DNA from: Sporolactobacillus sp.
GTDB taxonomy: Bacteria; Bacillota; Bacilli; Bacillales; Sporolactobacillaceae
Assembly (NCBI GenBank): GCA_047718535.1
Contig: JBDNRH010000010.1
Coordinates: forward strand, 2,851-66,850
Length of the DNA: 64,000 bases
Direction of reading: 5' to 3'
This document shows positions 51,122 through 59,696 of this stretch, in pieces. Under the pieces are notes generated by a model, which was not told the DNA's origin, did no database searches, and saw only the letters and a program-made list of their open reading frames with translations. The translations under genes were made by a program, and so were the position numbers. How positions within the stretch are numbered: the first letter of the stretch is position 1; the number at the start of each line of letters is the position of its first letter.

Positions 51122-51798
51122 CAGGATACGACCCTATAGCCGGAGCCATAAACCGTCTCAAGTGAAAGCCGACTGAGCTTTCGCCGAATACGGCGCACGA
51201 CATCATCTACCGCCCGATCAGAACCGACATAATCCTTTCCCCATACTTCCTCGAGAATAGCCTGTCTCGATTTAGCAATATTGGCATTTTCCACAAGAAA
51301 TAACAGGACATCAAATTCTTTCGTTGTCAAATCAATCAGTCCCTCAGTCTCATCGAAGACCTTACGTTTGACAACGTCGATTTGATATTTTGAAATCGTT
51401 AGCCGACTTTCATGAATACCGTTTCCATAGACGCGATGAAGCAATTTTTTTGCCCGGATAATTAATTCTCGTGGCATGAATGGTTTGGCCAAATAATCAT
51501 CGCTGCCAAGTTCCAGCCCAATGATTTTGTCGAGATCCTGATCACGCGCAGAGATGAAGATGACCGGCTGCTCTGAATGATTTTCCTTTATTTTTTTAAT
51601 TAATTCATAGCCGTTCATTCCAGGAAGCATGATATCAAGCACCCAGAGATGAACCCCATTGTGCATGAATTTGACCGCTTCTTCCGCTGTGTGGAAGGCG
51701 GAAACATGCCAGCCTTCCCGTTCCATATAGGCACGCAATAACGATGACAAACTTTCTTCATCTTCAACGAGGTTGATTTGAAATACAGGTTCGTCCAT
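51121..51798 (-). CDS. OmpR/PhoB-family response regulator
   Basis: Receiver (LVEDEE...LDIMLPGMNGYEL) plus winged helix (LTTKEFDVLLFL...VYGSGYRV). TGA overlaps the kinase ATG. Start at 51798 or 51822. Confidence 0.88.
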   Translation of the reverse strand: MDEPVFQINLVEDEESLSSLLRAYMEREGWHVSAFHTAEEAVKFMHNGVHLWVLDIMLPGMNGYELIKKIKENHSEQPVIFISARDQDLDKIIGLELGSDDYLAKPFMPRELIIRAKKLLHRVYGNGIHESRLTISKYQIDVVKRKVFDETEGLIDLTTKEFDVLLFLVENANIAKSRQAILEEVWGKDYVGSDRAVDDVVRRIRRKLSRLSLETVYGSGYRVVS

Positions 51799-51849
51799 TG
51801 TCTTCTCATCCTTATTCATCAAAAATTTATCGGTACAGCTTTCCTTGAA

Positions 51850-51879
51850 ATTATACCATGCAGTGATTCTCGATGTTCA
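51850..51879 (-). promoter_or_regulatory. Candidate SigA promoter for the response regulator-kinase-yhaM unit
   Basis: TGAACA - 18 nt - TATAAT with extended -10 TG (TGGTATAAT) on the minus strand. Confidence 0.45.
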
Positions 51880-51927
51880 CGGCATATAAATTTTTCATTA
51901 ATTAAGCACGGCGCCTGAGCCATCGCA

Positions 51928-54735
51928 TCACTCGGAGTCTTGTATTTCCAATGAAAGCTGTGGCTGCTCAGGCGTCAGATTAAGCACACAGTCTGGATGT
52001 TGGCGCATATAGTCTGTATAATGACACGTAAATAAGATGATTTGCCGCTCATCAGATAACCTGGAAAGAATGCGATATGTATTATCTATCCGCCTTTGAT
52101 CAAAATCGACAAATCCATCATCAATGATAATCGGCAGGCGCTCACTGCCCGCCGGATACATATCTGTCAAAGCCAGACGCAAAGCGAAATAAATCTGTTC
52201 CGCCGTGCCTCGGCTCAGTTCGGAGGCGTAAAAACGCTGCCCATCCTTGCGACAAGCCACAAATCCTTCTGAATCGGTCAGCTCCAGTGACTGATAGGCA
52301 CCGCCGGTTATCTCCCGCAGATAGCGGCCTGTTTTCTCCAGCACCTTGGGCAGCTTCTCTTCGCGGTACCTCGTCTTCACCTCGTGAATCGCCCAGCCCG
52401 CCGTTTGATAAACATACCATTTCTTTGCCTTGCTTGCCAATTTTGCCTTTAATTGGGCGTAGTGCATCCGTGTTTCACTATAGCTATCGTCTGCTTCTAA
52501 ACTTTGCCGCCGCGATTCCTCTTGAATCAACCGCTCGTTAAGTAATTTTTCCTGCTGATCCAAATCAGCCAATTCACTGTCAAATTGTTCCGCTGAACGC
52601 GCCATGTCCTCCTGATCGGCGGCTTTCGCCAACGCCAATAAGGCAGCAAGCGCGGATTCACCCCCGGCGATCTCGCACATTGTCAAGCGCTGCCGGTCAC
52701 GTTTCGCCATTAATTCGCGTCGATGCATATTTTGCTGAAGCAGTCTGCGAAAATCGCCATCATTAGTGACCGCTGCCTGCTCGCGCCACTCTTGTTTCTG
52801 ACTAGCTAAATGGGTCAGCTGCTTCTGATTGTCGGCTATTTTCTCCTTGTAAAATTCAAGCTGAGCCTGCAGGGCACGACGCTGGTGATCGGCATCTTTT
52901 ACATGGTTAAGCTGCTGTTCCAGTGCCTGCGCCGCTTCCCCGGGTCTCTCAAGCTGGGCGGCAAGCGCGGTCACGGCGCAGCTGAACGTCTCGTGTGCCC
53001 GTTGATGCCGCACTATTTCTTGCTCAATACCTTGTAAGTGATCGAGCGCTTTTCGAGCATCGCGGACAAGGCGGACAAATGCGGGAAGAGCCTCAAAGTC
53101 ATCGCCAAGCTCGTAGCCATGTGCGCGAAGCCATTGACTCATTGCCATGGCCGTCTGCTGTTTTCGTGCCGAAGTCTCTGCTTCCCGCTGCTGCAAATCT
53201 GTCAGCTTACGTTTCGAGAGCCTTATTTGGTCAGCAAGCAGTGCCTGCGCCGCATCATATTGCTGATCACGCGCAGCAGGATGCGCCTCTTCACGTCCTT
53301 TAAATAACGCGGCAATCGTAACGCAGAAAACACCTGTGACCACAACGAGGACTGACCCGCGCATTCCCGCGATCAAACCGGCAAGCAAAGCAACGACCAG
53401 CGTGCCCTCGCACATGACGATAAGCCATCGCGTGAGCGTCAGCTGACTAGAACTGACTCGGCGATTGCGTCCGCTAATTGAAGTCGACGGGGCAGGCCGA
53501 TCTATTCGCAGCTGCAGCTGCTGCAACTCGTCTTCCTGTCTGTTCACATCCGCATGGCAGTCATCCTCTGCGGCCTGCTGCTGTCTCCATTCACTGAGCC
53601 GCTTCTCGGCCTCCCGCTGAAAGCCTAAATCAACAGCGGCATTCTGAATACGTTCAGCCGTCCAGCTGTTCCCAAGCTGAACACTGATCTGATTATATTC
53701 TTCAGTTAAGTGCTGTTTCTCAGCTGCGCATTCAATCAACGCACGCGCGTTCTGCTCATCGGCAATCGCTTCTCGGCTTAATTGATGAATGCGTTCTTCA
53801 TTCTCCAACCACAGAGGCTGATCAGGCAGCGTGCCCATTTTCTCCCTTACCGCATCCAGATCATGTTGATAATTCGCTAATTCTTGCTGCAAACGATCCA
53901 TAGCCGCGCAAAGCGACTCAAATTGTTCCTCACTACCGTCAGATAAGATAGGACATGCAGACATTTTCTCTAATTCTTCATCGAGCGCTTGATTGCTCTC
54001 GATAAATGGCAGAAGACGCTGGTAAGTCTTCCAGTTCATATAGAGACGTTGCAGTTCATTCCTCCGTTTCGAAATCTCTTTTAATGACTGCCTGTCCGCC
54101 TTAATATTTTCTTGGAGGGTAGAAAAATCAGTCAGCCTGCCCTGCCATTTTCTTAAGTCTTTATCAGCTTGCTCCAATTCATGTAAAAGGTGATTAATTT
54201 CCGGCACTTTCCCGCCTTTTTTAAAAAGTTGACCGGTTGCCTTAGCAAGTTGTGCTTCCAGCTCGGCTATCGTCTGATTGCCGAGCATGCCGGCACCAAG
54301 CAGCAGATTATTCAATTGATCGGGACGAAATCGCTCGATACCACGCAGGCCTTCTAAATCAAAGCAAAATACATTCTCATATAAATACCGATCAACTGGG
54401 GAAAAAAGACTGTTCACCGCGATCGTACGTCCCAACGAATCGCAGGCAATAGGCGCCTTCCGATCGCTGTACAGCCGTTCAAGCCTGATCAGCCGCTGTT
54501 TTTCAAATTCCAGCTGAATCGCGCCGCCAAACCGCGACTCCGGGCAATTTCTTGACCAACGCGCGCACTCATTTTTCTGTGGAAAGCCGAATAGGATAGA
54601 TAATATATAATTCATTAATGTCGACTTTCCCGCCTCATTTTCACCATAAATTATGACGAATGGTGAATTCGGCATTTGAATCATGCGCCGTTCAAACGAG
54701 CCAAATTGATTAATTTCCAGCGTGCGGATTTTCAT
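51928..54735 (-). CDS. yhaN: SMC/SbcC-like AAA ATPase YhaN (SbcE)
   Basis: Walker A GENEAGKST near the N-terminus, long coiled-coil-like Q/E/L-rich middle, C-terminal signature/Walker B region (IIDDGFVDFD). ATG 54735 follows GGGAGAAG. Confidence 0.85.
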   Translation of the reverse strand: MKIRTLEINQFGSFERRMIQMPNSPFVIIYGENEAGKSTLMNYILSILFGFPQKNECARWSRNCPESRFGGAIQLEFEKQRLIRLERLYSDRKAPIACDSLGRTIAVNSLFSPVDRYLYENVFCFDLEGLRGIERFRPDQLNNLLLGAGMLGNQTIAELEAQLAKATGQLFKKGGKVPEINHLLHELEQADKDLRKWQGRLTDFSTLQENIKADRQSLKEISKRRNELQRLYMNWKTYQRLLPFIESNQALDEELEKMSACPILSDGSEEQFESLCAAMDRLQQELANYQHDLDAVREKMGTLPDQPLWLENEERIHQLSREAIADEQNARALIECAAEKQHLTEEYNQISVQLGNSWTAERIQNAAVDLGFQREAEKRLSEWRQQQAAEDDCHADVNRQEDELQQLQLRIDRPAPSTSISGRNRRVSSSQLTLTRWLIVMCEGTLVVALLAGLIAGMRGSVLVVVTGVFCVTIAALFKGREEAHPAARDQQYDAAQALLADQIRLSKRKLTDLQQREAETSARKQQTAMAMSQWLRAHGYELGDDFEALPAFVRLVRDARKALDHLQGIEQEIVRHQRAHETFSCAVTALAAQLERPGEAAQALEQQLNHVKDADHQRRALQAQLEFYKEKIADNQKQLTHLASQKQEWREQAAVTNDGDFRRLLQQNMHRRELMAKRDRQRLTMCEIAGGESALAALLALAKAADQEDMARSAEQFDSELADLDQQEKLLNERLIQEESRRQSLEADDSYSETRMHYAQLKAKLASKAKKWYVYQTAGWAIHEVKTRYREEKLPKVLEKTGRYLREITGGAYQSLELTDSEGFVACRKDGQRFYASELSRGTAEQIYFALRLALTDMYPAGSERLPIIIDDGFVDFDQRRIDNTYRILSRLSDERQIILFTCHYTDYMRQHPDCVLNLTPEQPQLSLEIQDSE

Positions 54736-54790
54736 TGTTTCTTCTCCCATTCTCCATATTTCTCTGCTCGATTGACTTTTCGAGAACGTC

Positions 54791-56005
54791 TTACAGCAAG
54801 TTCTCTGCCAATAATTGTTCAGTCTTCCGCCGAATCGTCTCCAGTTCTTCTTCATTTGGTTCGGAAATATATTTTCTCGCTTGACGATGGGTCAGCAGTG
54901 GCGCGAGAGCTTGAGCGATATTTCCTGGTTGCTCGATCGCGCGGAATAATTCACCAATGAAATTCGGTCGCATAATTAAGTCTTCGCGTGACCATTCAGG
55001 CTGCAGAACAAGCGATCCGGCGAGCAACCAGACAAATGGAAAGCTATCCGTCTCTGTTTCATTGGCAGCGTCAATTAAGTCGGAAAACAACGATTCAAGC
55101 AGCTCTGACTGTTGATTCGTGTTGTGAACCGTCAGTGAGACATTCAGGAATACGGACTGCTGATCGCGGCGGTATTTGTCACGAATGGTGTGCAGCAAGT
55201 CATCCACCGCCTCCAGATCATCTTTCATCCAGTTTGTCTGTACATCAGCGGTTAGCCAGAGGATGCTGGCCGTCGGCAGGAAACGTATCTGCACACCGGC
55301 AGCGTCAAGCGATACAAGTGAAATGCCCTTTTCACCCGTTTCTTTCACAGACAACCCCTGCATGCTGCCGCTGTACCAAACCGGCGGTGTCTCCGATAAG
55401 CAGCCGCGCTGATGAATATGCCCGAGCGCCCAGTAATCGAAGCCCTTGCTTCGCAACGTATCTACTGTGAACGGCGCATAGACATCCATATCCGCAGCCG
55501 TGCGGCGGGCCCCATGCAAGAGCGCAATATGATAATCCGCGTCGTCTGTAATTTGATAAGTGGCTGCTCGATCCTCATTGATATGACGCTGTTGATAACT
55601 GAATCCATAGATTGCGACCGTCTCTCCTGAGCGTGCAGTAATCAAAAGCCCCTCGGTGTGACCTGAATAGAGATGAACATTTTCCGGGAACGGCAGCGGA
55701 TTGAGCTGCGGGTCGAGATAATCATGATTGCCAGCAATCATGAACACTGCAATGCCGGCCTTATCCAGCCGTGTCATTTCCCGAATAAATGCTTTCTGAG
55801 CGTGGATGCTGTGCTGTTTATCATCAAAAATATCACCGGCAAGCAGAACGAAGTCAACCTTCTGCTCAATTGCATGGACAACGAGGCGGCTAAGGGCTTG
55901 GACAAGGCTGTTTTTTATTTGTTCATGGAGTGTCGCCGGCAAATCGGCCAAGCCTTCAAATGGCCGATCCAAGTGTAAGTCGGCGGCATGAATAAACCGG
56001 ATCAT
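54791..56005 (-). CDS. yhaO: SbcD/Mre11-like DNA repair exonuclease YhaO (SbcF)
   Basis: Calcineurin-like phosphoesterase motifs (HAADLHLD, GDIFD, GNHD, GHIH), upstream of yhaN. Confidence 0.88.
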   Translation of the reverse strand: MIRFIHAADLHLDRPFEGLADLPATLHEQIKNSLVQALSRLVVHAIEQKVDFVLLAGDIFDDKQHSIHAQKAFIREMTRLDKAGIAVFMIAGNHDYLDPQLNPLPFPENVHLYSGHTEGLLITARSGETVAIYGFSYQQRHINEDRAATYQITDDADYHIALLHGARRTAADMDVYAPFTVDTLRSKGFDYWALGHIHQRGCLSETPPVWYSGSMQGLSVKETGEKGISLVSLDAAGVQIRFLPTASILWLTADVQTNWMKDDLEAVDDLLHTIRDKYRRDQQSVFLNVSLTVHNTNQQSELLESLFSDLIDAANETETDSFPFVWLLAGSLVLQPEWSREDLIMRPNFIGELFRAIEQPGNIAQALAPLLTHRQARKYISEPNEEELETIRRKTEQLLAENLL

Positions 56006-56110
56006 TGATTGCAGTCTCCCATCTTATTCGATATTGGACGTTCGTGCAGAACTTCTCTATTTTAGTTTAGCACACCCGATCACACGTTCTCAATCATACC
56101 TGTTTTAAAA

Positions 56111-56207
56111 TTAGAAAAACTTGGCGAAGCCAAGTCCGCAGCCAATAGTTGAGCCTTAGTTTTTCTTATACTTAGTTCCGCTGAAATTTTTAAACTTTAT
56201 TAACGCA
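56111..56207 (+). repeat. Dispersed intergenic repeat, full copy B
   Basis: Same 27-mer start and GAGCCTTAGTTTTTCTTATACTTAGTTCCGCTGAAAT...TAACGCA as copy A. Confidence 0.75.
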
Positions 56208-56267
56208 CAAAAAAATAAGACCCCTCTTATTAGGAGGAGCTCTTTGAGTCTATAAGGGCATGAATGG

Positions 56268-57134
56268 TCAGTGCACCCGCAATTGTTTACGGAAAACTTC
56301 ACGAATGACATAGGCCACACCATCCATATTATTGGAGCGTGTAATCCAGTCTGCTTTCTCTTTGACCTCCTGTGTCGCGTTGCGCATCGCAACACCAAGA
56401 CCAACTTTCTCGATCATCTCCGCATCATCTTTTCCATCGCCAACAGCCACAATTTCATGCAGCGGAATTCCCATCTGCCCCGCAAAAAATAATAGGCCGT
56501 TAAATTTCGACGTTCCTTGGCGTACAATCGTCATATCCTGCGATGAGTCGCGAGTCACCTCAAGAGCCGGGAAATAGTCGCGCATGGCATTGTGTATCTT
56601 ATCCATCACTTCCGGATCATTCAATTTAATTTTGACATCAGTAGCCCCTTCGTAGTTCTCCAGCAAATACTGACTGAGTGTATCTACATAAGTCACCGGA
56701 TAGAAAAGCGGTTCATTCATACCGATCGTCATTTTGGCAATCAAATTTTTTTGCCGCGGTCGATTACTCACTGATAGCCGCTCGTGAGAAATCTGAATCT
56801 GACATGGATAGGTTTCCAAAAACTCGACGAGCTGAATTAATACACTATGGTCAATTTTACTCGTGTACACGGGATTATCCAAAGAAGAGGAAACAAATGC
56901 ACCATTATGTGTAATAATCGGCTGTGTCAGTTTCAGCGCCCGTGCGACTTTAGCCGCTGAATGAAAGTTGCGTTCTGAGACCAATGTAACCATAATGCCT
57001 TTTTTTCGAGCAAATGCGACGGCTTCTTTCGTCTGGCGATCCAGCCGATCATTAGTATTCAAAAGAGTCCCGTCGATGTCTAAAGCAAGCAAACGATAAA
57101 CCAAGGTCCTCCCCCTTTTCGGAATCGATAGCAT
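56268..57134 (-). CDS. Cof-type HAD-IIB family hydrolase
   Basis: Motif I LALDIDGTLL and motif IV GDGKDDAEM. Confidence 0.85.
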   Translation of the reverse strand: MLSIPKRGRTLVYRLLALDIDGTLLNTNDRLDRQTKEAVAFARKKGIMVTLVSERNFHSAAKVARALKLTQPIITHNGAFVSSSLDNPVYTSKIDHSVLIQLVEFLETYPCQIQISHERLSVSNRPRQKNLIAKMTIGMNEPLFYPVTYVDTLSQYLLENYEGATDVKIKLNDPEVMDKIHNAMRDYFPALEVTRDSSQDMTIVRQGTSKFNGLLFFAGQMGIPLHEIVAVGDGKDDAEMIEKVGLGVAMRNATQEVKEKADWITRSNNMDGVAYVIREVFRKQLRVH

Positions 57135-57190
57135 CCACTATTCCTGTTGAAAGCCTATGATTGGTCTGTAGCAAATAGAACAAGACGTAC

Positions 57191-57253
57191 GGGCTGAGCT
57201 CCGGCTTTTCTCATACTTGGTTCTGCCGACATTTTTTTAATTTTCCTAACGTA
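57191..57253 (+). repeat. Dispersed repeat, partial copy C (3' module only)
   Basis: GGGCTGAGCTCCGGCTTTTCTCATACTTGGTTCTGCCGAC...CTAACGTA aligns with the 3' two-thirds of copies A and B. Confidence 0.6.
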
Positions 57254-57254
57254 A

Positions 57255-57292
57255 AATAAAGAGAACGGCTTGAAATAATCCGTTCTCTTTAT
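57255..57292 (-). terminator. Terminator after the SASP gene
   Basis: AAAGAGAACGG-loop-CCGTTCTCTTT followed by ATTTT on the minus strand. Confidence 0.7.
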
Positions 57293-57334
57293 GGGCTTAT
57301 GCCCTAATTACTTTCTCTTATTGCCTTCACTTAC

Positions 57335-57529
57335 TTATTTCTGATAGCCGCCGAATTGCGATTGCGCCTGAGCGACTAAGCGTTTCGTAATTTCGCCGCC
57401 GACGGAACCGTTGGCGCGGGATGTTGTATCCGGCCCAAGGTTCACACCGAATTCGCTCGCGATTTCTTGTTTCATTTGATCAATTGCTTGCTGTACACCT
57501 GGGACGACTAATTGATTGGAATTTGCCAT
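57335..57529 (-). CDS. Alpha/beta-type small acid-soluble spore protein
   Basis: [52 protein letters not shown] is the canonical SASP sequence. ATG 57529 follows AGGGAGGTG. Confidence 0.93.
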   Translation of the reverse strand: MANSNQLVVPGVQQAIDQMKQEIASEFGVNLGPDTTSRANGSVGGEITKRLVAQAQSQFGGYQK

Positions 57530-57601
57530 GTGGTTCACCTCCCTTGTAACCCTATTGTGTGTTACGAGCGAAGGCTCTATGCAAGCACAAGTTTGGAAAA
57601 T

Positions 57602-57644
57602 GTTAGAAAAGGTTGGCAAAGCCGAGTCCTTTGGCGATGGCTGA
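57602..57644 (+). repeat. Dispersed repeat, partial copy D (5' module only)
   Basis: TTAGAAAAGGTTGGCAAAGCCGAGTCCTTTGGCGATGGCTGA aligns with the first ~43 nt of copy A. Confidence 0.6.
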
Positions 57645-57654
57645 AAATGAAGAA

Positions 57655-58200
57655 TCAGCTGATCTGAGTCAATTCACCCGTAGACGGATCAATAACGAGC
57701 CCGTAAACTGGGGTATTAGGCGGCAAGAGCGGATGATTTTTCACTAGAGCGACACTCGCGGCAACTTGTTCAGGCAACGACTCAAACCCATTCAGCCATT
57801 GCCGCAAATCGTTGCCTTCCGCAGACGCGCGCGACAAAGCCGATGGCTCTACTCGGTCCGCAATATCAGCAATCATTTTATCAGCTTTCAGCCCATCCAT
57901 CCCACAATCACTGTGACCAATCACATAGACTGCTTCCGATGAAAGCTCATATAACGAAACAAGGATGCTTTTCATTGTATTGCCATAGGCATCATCAATT
58001 ATGCCGCCTGCACATTTGATCATAATTGCATCACCATTCCGAAGCCCCATTGCTTGCGGCAATAACTCAATAAGCCGGCAATCCATACAAGTCACAATCG
58101 TCATTTTTTTAATCGGACGATTGGGTGCCTGGTACGGTAAATACGCCTTTTGATCGAGAAATTTTTTATTCGTGGTCATAATGTCTTCTATTTGTGACAT
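57655..58200 (-). CDS. Beta-class carbonic anhydrase
   Basis: Zinc ligand motifs CMDCR and HSDCG. Confidence 0.85.
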   Translation of the reverse strand: MSQIEDIMTTNKKFLDQKAYLPYQAPNRPIKKMTIVTCMDCRLIELLPQAMGLRNGDAIMIKCAGGIIDDAYGNTMKSILVSLYELSSEAVYVIGHSDCGMDGLKADKMIADIADRVEPSALSRASAEGNDLRQWLNGFESLPEQVAASVALVKNHPLLPPNTPVYGLVIDPSTGELTQIS

Positions 58201-58284
58201 AAGTCATAGACCTCCATGATTAGCTTTGCATTTGTTTCATATATAATAAAAAATGCATAGCAAAAAATCCAGCTAAACGCATTG

Positions 58285-58330
58285 AAAAAAAAAAGAAAGC
58301 CGCCTCCCGATAAACGGAAGACGACTTTCT
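58285..58330 (-). terminator. Terminator after the cold-shock gene
   Basis: GAAAGTCGTCTTCCG-loop-CGGGAGGCGGCTTTC followed by T10 on the minus strand. Confidence 0.75.
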
Positions 58331-58343
58331 TAATCAATTCAAA

Positions 58344-58544
58344 TCACAGCTTAACGACGTTAGCTGCCTGCGGTCCACGGTTGCCTTCAACAACTTCAAA
58401 TTCAACAGCTTGGCCTTCATCCAAAGTCTTGAAGCCGTCACCTTGAATTGCGCTAAAATGTACGAATACATCGTTTTCGCCTTCAACTTCAATAAAACCA
58501 AAACCCTTGTCTGCGTTAAACCATTTAACTGTACCTGTTTTCAA
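58344..58544 (-). CDS. Cold-shock protein (CspA family)
   Basis: [30 protein letters not shown] with RNP1/RNP2 motifs. TTG start 58544 lies 7 nt after GGGAGG. Confidence 0.93.
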   Translation of the reverse strand: MKTGTVKWFNADKGFGFIEVEGENDVFVHFSAIQGDGFKTLDEGQAVEFEVVEGNRGPQAANVVKL

Positions 58545-59043
58545 AAGAAAACCTCCCAAAAATGTGTAGTGAGTGACTTAAAAAAACGTTAGAAACTAAT
58601 TCTTCAAGCACACCCAATATGCTTCATATTTTATCCAAAAGCGTATCTCTGGCCTATCTTTGGATACCCGCACAATAAGCTCAGCCTTCCGCCCGTAGAA
58701 ATAAAAAATTCACATATTATAAAAAGATATCAATAAAGTAACAGTACATTGATAATCCTTTTATAATACATGAATTATAAATGCCATTCTTTATTTCACA
58801 AAGCATAAAAATAATAAACCTAATGCAAAGGAACAAAATCAGAAAACAATCAAAACAGACTTTGACGCCAAAACAATGAAAGCCCTACCTCTCTTCCATC
58901 CTTACGGTTCCTCGACCGATCCAGCACGATTTAGCAATGCCTTCTCTGCTTTCAAACGGCCTTCTTGCAACAAATAAAAAGCACTAGTTAGTATACCCAT
59001 TTAAAAACAAATTAATCTTGCTACTCCTCTTAGGTCAGTCTTA

Positions 59044-59072
59044 ATTGTATCCCAGCAACTATGTTTTGTCAA
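59044..59072 (-). promoter_or_regulatory. Near-consensus SigA promoter with no assigned gene
   Basis: TTGACA - 17 nt - TACAAT on the minus strand, inside a ~560-bp tract lacking any ORF of 60 aa or more. Confidence 0.45.
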
Positions 59073-59097
59073 CAGATGAGCGACTCAAGAATAAGAA

Positions 59098-59146
59098 AAA
59101 AATAAGCCAAGGGCACGCATGGCTCGCCATGCGCACTTTTCAGCCC
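59098..59146 (-). terminator. Probable terminator region after manO
   Basis: 7-bp stem CGCATGG/CCATGCG within GGGC...GCCC, with a T7 run ~12 nt further on the minus strand. The geometry is imperfect. Confidence 0.4.
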
Positions 59147-59152
59147 TACGAC

Positions 59153-59536
59153 TCAATTGTCCTTTTTCGATCCAAATATTGCTTTTAACCCGCGCGTGAC
59201 CACTTGAAAGAAAGTCAGCGATTTAACCATCCGTTCTGGTTTCACGTACTGGCGTATGGCGCGCAGAACCGTTTTCGGCTGTTTCGATGAAAAGGTATAG
59301 TTACCATTTCCCTTTGTGCGTATCGCGTAACGAGGAATCCACTTACCCTTGAACATGACAGAAGCAATGATATAGTCTACTTCTTCCCACGGAATCTGAA
59401 TATTTTTCTCGGCATTGCGATCATTATAAAATTCAAACCCTTTATCGCCAATCATGATCTTGCCGTATTCAGCGAGTCCGATATGGGAGGTGGCATCAGT
59501 GACCAAATCGACCTTCGTATTCATTGACTGAACCAT
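59153..59536 (-). CDS. manO: DUF956-family protein (ManO-like, associated with mannose PTS operons)
   Basis: MVQSMNTKVDLV...GKIMIGDKGFEFYN......IQIPW.E is DUF956-like. Located downstream of manZ. ATG 59536 follows GGGGA. The ORF is open to 59575. Confidence 0.8.
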   Translation of the reverse strand: MVQSMNTKVDLVTDATSHIGLAEYGKIMIGDKGFEFYNDRNAEKNIQIPWEEVDYIIASVMFKGKWIPRYAIRTKGNGNYTFSSKQPKTVLRAIRQYVKPERMVKSLTFFQVVTRGLKAIFGSKKDN

Positions 59537-59618
59537 TTTCATTATCCCCATTTCTATCGTCATTTTGTTTGCCATTATACGTGCTTCTCACCCGTGAAGC
59601 AAATAGACCCATTTCGTT

Positions 59619-59657
59619 TAAAAAAACCTGAAATCCTTGATTAAAAGGAATCAGGCT
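59619..59657 (-). terminator. Terminator after manZ
   Basis: Minus strand reads CCTGATTCCTT-TTAATC-AAGGATTTCAGG followed by T7. Confidence 0.65.
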
Positions 59658-59696
59658 TATGGTTTGACTGTATTCATGCTATATCAATCGCTGTCC

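Noticed and set aside
56006-56267. Possible LexA (Cheo) box upstream of yhaO
   Set aside because: The only candidate, CGTTCGTGCAGAAC, has the half-sites in the inverted order (GTTC...GAAC) with 5-nt spacing. No GAAC-N4-GTTC is present in the interval.
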